24,165 nt of DNA. Origin: a bacterium (GTDB taxonomy: Bacteria > Electryoneota > Electryoneia > Electryoneales > Electryoneaceae). The DNA lies in the NCBI GenBank assembly GCA_043801585.1, contig JAZDLX010000046.1, positions 1-24,165 on the forward strand. Direction: 5' to 3'. The stretch's first letter is position 1, and every line of letters begins with the position of its first letter. A program made the translations under genes and the position numbers. This document shows positions 17,090 through 24,165 of this stretch, one piece after another. A model generated the notes under the pieces. It saw only the letters and a list, made by a program, of their open reading frames with translations, did not search any database and was not told the origin of the DNA.

Positions 17090-17587
17090 ATGAAGGAACG
17101 TATCGACGCCATTCGCAGAAAACTGGAAAACGAGATCGGCGAAGTCACCCACGAACTCGAAGTGGAGTTGCCAAAGCGCATTGACGAAGCGCGTTCAAAG
17201 GGTGACCTTTCCGAGAACGCCGAATACCACGCCGCCAAGGAACTCCAGGGCTATCTCGCGGTCAGGCTGCTCCAGCTTCATCATCGCCACTCCAAGCTGA
17301 TGGCGATCAACCTCGACGACGTCGACAAAACGTCTGTCGGCCTCTACTCCGTCGTGGACCTCGAGGAGGTGGAAAACGGGAAACGATACTCCTACGAACT
17401 GGTGCTTGCGGAAGAAATGGATGTGAAAGCGGGCCTGATTTCCATACTCTCTCCGGTTGGACAGCAACTTCGCGGCGCAAAAGCGGACGAAATCGTGTCG
17501 ATTACCACGCCTGCGCGCAAGTTTAACGTGAAAGTTCTTGGGTTTGTGAATATCCTTGGCGAGCGGTTCGATGGGGAATTCAAATAA
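17090..17587 (+). CDS. greA: Transcription elongation factor, GreA family
   Basis: ARSKGDLSENAEYHAAKE, ISILSPVGQQL; GAGGGAG RBS before ATG 17090. Confidence 0.9.
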   Translation: MKERIDAIRRKLENEIGEVTHELEVELPKRIDEARSKGDLSENAEYHAAKELQGYLAVRLLQLHHRHSKLMAINLDDVDKTSVGLYSVVDLEEVENGKRYSYELVLAEEMDVKAGLISILSPVGQQLRGAKADEIVSITTPARKFNVKVLGFVNILGERFDGEFK

Positions 17588-17648
17588 ACCAGTGGAATTT
17601 TTGGTTTGGACGTAGAAGTGCATTCACTACGTGGTTGTGGAGAGCAAG

Positions 17649-19727
17649 ATGGGGAGCGGTAGCCGGGGGAAATCCGGCGGATTGATGGCGAAATTAATCG
17701 GTGCGCTGCGTGAATTTCCCACACGGGAGTACAGTTTCAACATGCTGATGGCCGGCATTATCGGTATCATCGGCGGTTACGGTGCGGTCGGTTTCCGCTG
17801 GGCAATCGCCATCGTGGAAAAAATCACCTTTCACGTCAAAACCCCCACCTTCGATATCCTGCTTCAGATGCCCTGGTACTGGCGGCTGGCGATCCCTGTC
17901 ATCGGTGGATTGATTGTCGGCCCCATCGTCACCTTTTTCTCCTCGGAAGCCAAGGGGCACGGTGTTCCCGAAGTAATGGCCGCGGTTGCGACCAAGGGCG
18001 GCATCATCCGGGGACGGGTCGCTGCGGCCAAGGTTATCGCCAGCGCAGTAACCATCGGCACCGGCGGCTCGGCCGGATCCGAAGGTCCCATCGTCCAGAT
18101 CGGCAGCTCCATCGCCTCCGCTCTCGGGCAGCTTTTCCGTGTCAGTCCGAGGCGGATGAAAACCTTCGTCGGGTGTGGCGCGGCAGCCGGAATCGCCGCG
18201 ACGTTCAACGCCCCTGTCGCCGGAATGCTTTTCAGCCTCGAAATCGTCATGGGGGATTTCGCGGTCAGCCAGCTCAGCCCAATCATTGTTGCTTCGGTGC
18301 TCGCCACAGCTGTCAGCCGAATGCACCTCGGCAACGCCCCGGCGTTCTCAGTGCCGGGCTATGAGATGGTCAGCCCGCTGGAGCTGATTTCCTACGCCGT
18401 GCTGGGCGTAGCGGCGGCGTTCGTCGCCGTGGGATTCAGCAAGACACTTACCGCCACCGAAGATTTCTTTGAAAATTTGCGGATACCCGACTGGACAAAA
18501 CCTGCCGTCGGCGGCTTGGTCATCGGTGTCATGGGAGCGTTCGGTCTGCCTCATGTCTACGGTGTCGGTTACGAATTCATCGAGGAGGCACTCGCCGGCC
18601 ACCTGGCGCTGACCCTGATGCTGATACTGATCGTGGCGAAAATCGTTGCCACTTCCGCCACCCTCGGGTCCGGCGGATCGGGAGGTATCCTCGCCCCCTC
18701 GCTGTTCATGGGAGCGATGATCGGCGGAATCATCTGGAACGGCACGCATGCGATTGCCCCCGAATATGTTGCCACCACCTACGGTCCCTACGCGCTCGTC
18801 GGCATGGCGGCGGTGGTCGCGGCGGCAACGCACGCCCCCCTCCAGGCGATCCTGATTCTCTTCGAATTGACCGGCGGCTACGAGGTGATCCTGCCGCTGA
18901 TGCTCGCCAGCATTATCGCCGTGATTGTCAGCAGGAAACTCTTCGAGGAGTCGATCTACACGGTCAAGCTGAGCGCCAAGGGAATCAAGCTTCGCCGCGG
19001 CGCCGAGGTCAACGTGCTAAAGGGAATCCATACACGAGAGGTAATGCGCACCGACTTCAAGGTCGTTCAGGACAACACACGGCTGCGCCCGGTGCTCGAC
19101 CTGATCGCGGACTCCAGCACCAACTCCTCTATCTTCGTCACCAACCGTGATGACCACCTTGTTGGATATATCGCATACAACGAACTGCGGCATGTTCTAT
19201 TCGACGTCGAGGCGCTCGAACCGGTGCTCGCCGCCGCGGACATCGCAAACCTCTCCCCCGTCTCCGTGCGTCCCGACGACACGCTCGACGTAGTGATCCA
19301 GCTTTTCGCCCGCCGCAATCTCGACGAGCTCCCGGTGATCGACCCAGACAGCCCGGGCAGGATCATCGGCAGCGTGCATCGTGCCGACGTGGTCGACTCC
19401 TACAACCATGAATTGTTGAAACGGGATCTGATGGGGACTGTCGCCAGCAGTGTGCTTGTCGCGCAGAAAGTCCGCAGCACTCCCCTCGCGGAAAACTATG
19501 TGATGGCGGAAATCGAGATGCCGAGTGCGTGGTCCGGCAAGGATTTGCGGACTCTCGACCTGCGCGGCAAGGAGAGCATCGAGGTGATGCTTGTCAGCCG
19601 GTACAGCCCCGACAAACCGTCCAACACGCAGAGCCTCGTCGCCTCACCCGACTTGGTTCTGCGGAACGGCGATACGCTTCTCGTCAGCGGTCCCAAAGAG
19701 GTGATCGAGCGTCTCGCCCGGCGGTGA
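17649..19727 (+). CDS. CLC-family chloride channel/transporter with CBS pair and C-terminal TrkA_C-like domain
   Basis: GHGVPEV, GSEGP, GAAAGIAATFNAP, GGILAP and SIYT signatures; CBS-like repeats; C-terminal GKDLRTLDLR...GDTLLVSG. Start uncertain (17649 or 17685). Confidence 0.92.
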   Translation: MGSGSRGKSGGLMAKLIGALREFPTREYSFNMLMAGIIGIIGGYGAVGFRWAIAIVEKITFHVKTPTFDILLQMPWYWRLAIPVIGGLIVGPIVTFFSSEAKGHGVPEVMAAVATKGGIIRGRVAAAKVIASAVTIGTGGSAGSEGPIVQIGSSIASALGQLFRVSPRRMKTFVGCGAAAGIAATFNAPVAGMLFSLEIVMGDFAVSQLSPIIVASVLATAVSRMHLGNAPAFSVPGYEMVSPLELISYAVLGVAAAFVAVGFSKTLTATEDFFENLRIPDWTKPAVGGLVIGVMGAFGLPHVYGVGYEFIEEALAGHLALTLMLILIVAKIVATSATLGSGGSGGILAPSLFMGAMIGGIIWNGTHAIAPEYVATTYGPYALVGMAAVVAAATHAPLQAILILFELTGGYEVILPLMLASIIAVIVSRKLFEESIYTVKLSAKGIKLRRGAEVNVLKGIHTREVMRTDFKVVQDNTRLRPVLDLIADSSTNSSIFVTNRDDHLVGYIAYNELRHVLFDVEALEPVLAAADIANLSPVSVRPDDTLDVVIQLFARRNLDELPVIDPDSPGRIIGSVHRADVVDSYNHELLKRDLMGTVASSVLVAQKVRSTPLAENYVMAEIEMPSAWSGKDLRTLDLRGKESIEVMLVSRYSPDKPSNTQSLVASPDLVLRNGDTLLVSGPKEVIERLARR

Positions 19728-19738
19728 CTAACCAAATC

Positions 19739-19867
19739 CTGAAACAGGATACACAGGATAACAAAGGCAGGATAGACAGGATTCAAACAAGATTTATTTG
19801 TAGTCCATCCTGAGCATCCTGTCCATCCCGTATCAGGAAGTTCCTGTCGTTGTCCATCCTGTTTCAG
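19739..19867 (-). repeat. CAGGAT/ATCCTG repeat element, copy 3 (inverted), between convergent genes
   Basis: Its left arm is the reverse complement of the right arm of copies 1/2 (ATCCTGTCTATCCTGCCT...); outer 12-bp IR CTGAAACAGGAT / ATCCTGTTTCAG. Confidence 0.8.
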
Positions 19868-19877
19868 TCAGTTCATG

Positions 19878-22556
19878 TTAAAACCGGTATCCGAGATTGA
19901 CCATCACCCGTTTTGCTTCAGGCGCGGACCGTGAAGGTGGCATGTAGGCGCCCCAGAGCTCGAAGGGGCCAAGGAAAGTGTCAAGAGCGATTCCCAACGC
20001 AAAGGACTGGATCAGGTCGTCACGCTGAGGGCGCCAATCTTTCTGGTCGCTGAATGCCGCAACATCATAACGAGCCAGGAGATAAGTCTCTGCGATCACC
20101 CGGCTGATCAGGTCGTAACGTACTTCCGCAGTGCCTCCGATGTGGCGCAGGCCAAGCCAGCGGTAGGGCGGCGCCGCTGGAAAACTGGTCAGTCCACCGA
20201 TCGCGAAACGGTGAGTCTCCGGTGTTGTCAGATCGGCGATTCCGGCGACATAGGCCGCCCTGCCAACCCACCGGGGACCGATCGGACCAACGATTTCACC
20301 GAGGATGGAGAAGAGATTGAAGCCCTTTTCTCCGATCTTCGGGATATAGGTCGTGTAGCCAACATCCACATGTGCACCGTGAGACGGGAATGGTTTACGG
20401 TCTTCGGTGTCGAGTGTGGCGCGAAGTTCGAATCCGTTATAGACGTTGTTCTGATCGTCTCCGCCGATGTCGTCCGCAACCCGTTCCGCCAGCAACCCCG
20501 CCGAAAGCCCGCCCCAGGTGCGCAGGTTGAAAATCGCGTCCAGTTGTCCCCGTGTTGTGTACACATCGCCGACTGTCTTCGCGTTGCCTGTGAAATTATA
20601 AACGGTCTGCTCCCGGGAGATATACTCCATGGACCCCCGCCATCCGAGGTAGGTCGTGGCGAGACGGTCCGTCCGCAGGTACATCCCGTATTTCTCGTCC
20701 TTTTCACCATACCTCGCACGAAACAGTATTTCATTTCCCATGGAGGGCAAGGGACTCGCGAATGCAAATTCTCCGAAATATCGACTCCGCCTGTCGGTGT
20801 CGAAACCGAGCCCGAGCCCGAGACGGGGAAGCGGAGCGGGCTCAAGCAGGAACGTAAGATTGACTCCGCCCGTGCTGTCACGTTCAATCAACCGAAACAC
20901 CGTCGTGTAACGGCCCGTAGCGAAAAGCTGAATGAGCGATTTCCGCAGAGCCGGTTCCGTTAATGGTTCTCCAACACGGACACTTACCTCCCGCAGTGCA
21001 AAAGGTGCTTGCTCCCGGGGTACGCCCTCGACGCGGATTGCGTGGAGCAAACCAAGGGAAATCTCGATCCGGAGAAAATGATCGGGGGTAATCTGCGCGG
21101 TGAGAGAGGACGCGCTGTAGCCATGAAGATGCAAATCGCGGAGGATCGCCAAGAGCCGTCCGTTGATCTGCTTGGTGGTGTACTCGCCCGCGCGCAGGCC
21201 GAACTGCTCCGGGTTGATTCGTTCGCTCATCGGGGCATCCGTCACCAGCTCCACGCCTTCCAAGGAAACATGCAGGGACGGTGCGCCGTTGCCACGACAG
21301 GTCAAGGCAATGATCCGGTCCAGGTTCTGCCGCGCCGCTTCACGACCTTTTTCGATAATCCCGCGGATGTTGCGAAATTCGGTAGAGGTTTGCTCGGCGA
21401 GATCCGGCGTCAGCACGAGGTCCGCAAGGTTCCGCGATACGGTGTCGTTTGGCGCACTCATCAGCGTGGTAACCTGGTTGGCGATCTCCCAAGGCAGGTC
21501 CGGGTCCAGGTTGGGAATCACCGGGCTTGCGCAGTCCACACCGATGACAACGTCCGCGCCCATGTCCAGCACCGCGCGCACCGGGATATTCTCAATCGCA
21601 CCGCCGTCCACCAGCAGCATCCCACGGAAACGCAGTGCTCGAAAAACAATCGGCAGCGCCATGGTGGCGCGAAGGGAGAGGGTCAGGTCGCCCTCATCCA
21701 TCCGCACGCCCTCTCCACGATTCAGGTCGGTTGCGATAACCGTGAGCTTTGACCGCATGCCTGAGAACGATCCACCCGCCGGGGCATAGGGAGCGTTGCT
21801 CACCCGCCGCTGAATTTCGAGGTAAAGGTTCTGTCCCGAGACGAGAGCGTCCGGCACGTAGGGACGTCCGTTGCGAAAACGGATCTTCACCATCTCCTGC
21901 GAAACCTGTTCCTTCTGCGCGAGAAACAGATTCCGGCGGCTGGGTGTGTCGGAGAAAAGCCCGCCCCAGTCCATCTGTTCTGCGACCGTCTGCAGCTCCC
22001 GTCCGGAATACCCCGCCGCATACAACCCGCCGAGGATCGCCCCCATCGAGGTGCCCGCAATCATGTCAACGGGAATTCCCTCCTCCTCAAACACCTGGAT
22101 CACCCCGATATGCGCGATTCCCCGCGCTCCGCCGCCGGAAAGCGCCAACCCGACGCGGGGGCGAATATGCTCGAGCACCGGGAGGAACCCGGCGGGGACA
22201 TGAGCCTCCCGCAGTCGCAGGGAGTCGAGGTCGATTTCGCCCGCGATGTACGCATCCCAGGAAAAACTCTCCGGCAGCTCCAATTCGGTTGCGGCGCCCT
22301 GAACAGACAGGAGGGTTGACGGCGCAGCCGTCGCTTGAAGGGTGTCCCCGGCAGAGGCGCCCTGCTCCTGCTGGATTTCAGGGGACACTGTCTCCGAAAC
22401 GAGGGAGTCGCCGGGCACGGCGGCAAACGCCAGTGCGTGCAGGCAGAGTGTTCCCATCAGCACACCCACCAACGCGCCGAGGGCGGCCCGGGTCTTCCAC
22501 CAAAGTCTCAATTCCCCGAAGGATTTGATCGCAAGGTGTCCGTTTGACAGACTCAA
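19878..22556 (-). CDS. Patatin-like phospholipase fused to POTRA and Omp85-type barrel (PlpD-like)
   Basis: GLALSGGGARGIAHIG, AGTSMGA (catalytic Ser), VDGG; POTRA-like segment (QLFATGRY); LDTEDRKPFPSHG; C-terminal NLGYRF. The TTG start after GGAG is uncertain. Confidence 0.88.
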   Translation of the reverse strand: MSLSNGHLAIKSFGELRLWWKTRAALGALVGVLMGTLCLHALAFAAVPGDSLVSETVSPEIQQEQGASAGDTLQATAAPSTLLSVQGAATELELPESFSWDAYIAGEIDLDSLRLREAHVPAGFLPVLEHIRPRVGLALSGGGARGIAHIGVIQVFEEEGIPVDMIAGTSMGAILGGLYAAGYSGRELQTVAEQMDWGGLFSDTPSRRNLFLAQKEQVSQEMVKIRFRNGRPYVPDALVSGQNLYLEIQRRVSNAPYAPAGGSFSGMRSKLTVIATDLNRGEGVRMDEGDLTLSLRATMALPIVFRALRFRGMLLVDGGAIENIPVRAVLDMGADVVIGVDCASPVIPNLDPDLPWEIANQVTTLMSAPNDTVSRNLADLVLTPDLAEQTSTEFRNIRGIIEKGREAARQNLDRIIALTCRGNGAPSLHVSLEGVELVTDAPMSERINPEQFGLRAGEYTTKQINGRLLAILRDLHLHGYSASSLTAQITPDHFLRIEISLGLLHAIRVEGVPREQAPFALREVSVRVGEPLTEPALRKSLIQLFATGRYTTVFRLIERDSTGGVNLTFLLEPAPLPRLGLGLGFDTDRRSRYFGEFAFASPLPSMGNEILFRARYGEKDEKYGMYLRTDRLATTYLGWRGSMEYISREQTVYNFTGNAKTVGDVYTTRGQLDAIFNLRTWGGLSAGLLAERVADDIGGDDQNNVYNGFELRATLDTEDRKPFPSHGAHVDVGYTTYIPKIGEKGFNLFSILGEIVGPIGPRWVGRAAYVAGIADLTTPETHRFAIGGLTSFPAAPPYRWLGLRHIGGTAEVRYDLISRVIAETYLLARYDVAAFSDQKDWRPQRDDLIQSFALGIALDTFLGPFELWGAYMPPSRSAPEAKRVMVNLGYRF

Positions 22557-22749
22557 CCTGTCTCCAGAATCGAGAGTACACTACACACGAAACGCCCGTT
22601 GCGGGCGCTGTGAACATAAAGGTAGGCATGAAAGAGTGTGAAATGAAGCGCGAAAAAGCCGGTGCGAGGGTTTTGCTGATTCACGACCTGCCGTACGAGC
22701 AGGTCGAGCCACCACGCGAGCAAGTCGAGCTACCCGCCGGTCTTTTTCG

Positions 22750-23147
22750 CTTGCCGCCCCCGCGAAGAACTTCTTCTCTTGCCACCTCCGCGAAGGACTT
22801 CTTCTCTTGTCGCCTCCGCGAAGGCGGGGGTCCAGAAGAAATCGATGGAGGAGCTTCTGGATTCCCGCTTTCGCTGGAATGACACTTGGGTTCCACCAGG
22901 TCATTTGCGTGTGCCCCTGTTTGCTTGGCGAAGTGGGCAAACAGGGTTTATCCTAATTCTTCATGAGAGTTTTTCTAATTCTTCATGACTGGGTTGCCCG
23001 GTCAAGCCGGGCAATGACACGATAGCTTATTGGTCCTGTCGGCTTGACCGACAGGGTATCATTGTTTGTCAGAAACCCGACCCTGAATGGATCGGGCCAC
23101 CCTGTCGCCGCGCAAAAGTCTTGTAGGCCAGGGTCTCCGAACCCGGC
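22750..23147. repeat. Second mosaic cluster of REP-like palindromes
   Basis: 28-bp tandem units 22750-22805; doublet 22808-22884; CCCTGTTTGC hairpin 22915-22946; arm 22989-23019; hairpin 23035-23055; GTAG-type unit 23122-23147. Confidence 0.85.
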
Positions 23148-23247
23148 GATCCTCGAGTTGTCCTGCCGTTTCCCCGTGAGAAATCGCAGCGGAAACAGAA
23201 ATGCTTCCCCGTTCCCGCCGCGCATAGGTCGAGACGTAAAAAAACGA

Positions 23248-24165
23248 TCAGGCGTTTGCGTTGATGTTCTCGATGATCGCGTCGCCGTATTCCGAGGTGG
23301 AGAGCTTGGTTGCGCCTTCCATCTGGCGATGCAGATCGTAGGTCACCCGCTTTTGTTTGATCGTCTCCTGAATCCCCGTTTCGATCAGGTCCGCCACCTT
23401 GCCCCAACCTAAATAACGGAACATCATCACACCGGAGAGGATCACCGAGCTTGGGTTGATTACGTTCTTGTCGGCATATTTCGGAGCAGTGCCGTGCGTC
23501 GCCTCGAACAGGCCGATAAAGTCGCCGATGTTCGCGCCTGGGGCCATCCCAAGGCCGCCCACCAACGCCGCCGCCGCGTCGCTAATGTAGTCGCCGTTCA
23601 GGTTCGGGCTGACGATCACATCGTACTCACTGGGCCGGGTCTGAATCTGCTGGAACATACTGTCGGCGATACGATCCTTGATCACGATGCGGCCGTTGGG
23701 GTCGCCCGCTTCCTTGCCGCCGCGAAGGTCGGCGAACTTACCGGGAGCCTGGATCGGTGTCACACCGTCCTCGGCCACCGTCTCATCCCACAGTTCCGCC
23801 TCGGTGATGATATGGTCGCGGTATTCCTCACGCGCGACTTCGTACGCCCAGTTCTTGAACGCGCCTTCGGTGAACTTCATGATGTTGCCCTTGTGCATGA
23901 TGGACACACTCGGCAACTTGTTCTCGACTGCCCAGTCAAGCGCCTTGCGGACGAGCTGCTTGGTTCCCGTGGGGCTGATCGGCTTGATTCCGATGCCGGC
24001 GTCGTCGCGGATCTGGGTCTTCCCGTACTCTTCCTTGAGCAGTTTGATCAGTCGAACCGCCTCGGGCGACATCGACGCGAACTCGACTCCGCTGTACACA
24101 TCCTCGGTGTTCTCACGGAAGATGATCACATCCATCTCGTGCGCACGGCGGGAGGGGGAGGGAAC
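23248..24165 (-). CDS. icd: NADP-dependent isocitrate dehydrogenase, 5'-truncated by the window edge
   Basis: [54 protein letters not shown]; the frame stays open to the window end. Confidence 0.96.
   Translation of the reverse strand, partial: VPSPSRRAHEMDVIIFRENTEDVYSGVEFASMSPEAVRLIKLLKEEYGKTQIRDDAGIGIKPISPTGTKQLVRKALDWAVENKLPSVSIMHKGNIMKFTEGAFKNWAYEVAREEYRDHIITEAELWDETVAEDGVTPIQAPGKFADLRGGKEAGDPNGRIVIKDRIADSMFQQIQTRPSEYDVIVSPNLNGDYISDAAAALVGGLGMAPGANIGDFIGLFEATHGTAPKYADKNVINPSSVILSGVMMFRYLGWGKVADLIETGIQETIKQKRVTYDLHRQMEGATKLSTSEYGDAIIENINANA

Noticed and set aside
22544..23225. ORFs in the patatin-icd gap
   Set aside because: They read through REP-like arms (e.g. VIPAKAGIQ is a translated palindrome).

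Overview
A 24-kb chromosomal window from a GC-rich diderm bacterium. The TonB-dependent receptor and Omp85-barrel protein suggest an FCB-group-like lineage, but this is uncertain. Left part (accessory): a B12-binding radical SAM gene, a small lipoprotein, a lower-GC three-gene operon, a TonB-dependent receptor and a DrrAB-type ABC exporter. The operon encodes a small 'AYA-YLDPGTGS' membrane peptide, a NoeA-like kinase-fold/methyltransferase fusion and a membrane Thr-nucleophile alkaline-phosphatase-superfamily transferase. Right part (core): purM, plsY-gpsA-asnS, acyP, greA, a CLC-CBS-TrkA_C protein, a patatin-POTRA-Omp85 (PlpD-like) protein and the 3' part of icd. The large intergenic gaps hold at least four families of short palindromic repeats that nest inside one another; no transposase lies in the window. 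Best leads: (1) the three-gene operon as a possible undescribed envelope phospho/methyl-modification system; (2) a 129-bp inverted-repeat element after asnS enclosing a near-consensus sigma70 promoter (MITE or invertible promoter); (3) nested micro-hairpin insertions seen as empty versus filled copies; (4) a three-copy CAGGAT/ATCCTG element with variable cores; (5) a probable attenuator in the greA leader. All calls come from motif reading; no database searches were run.
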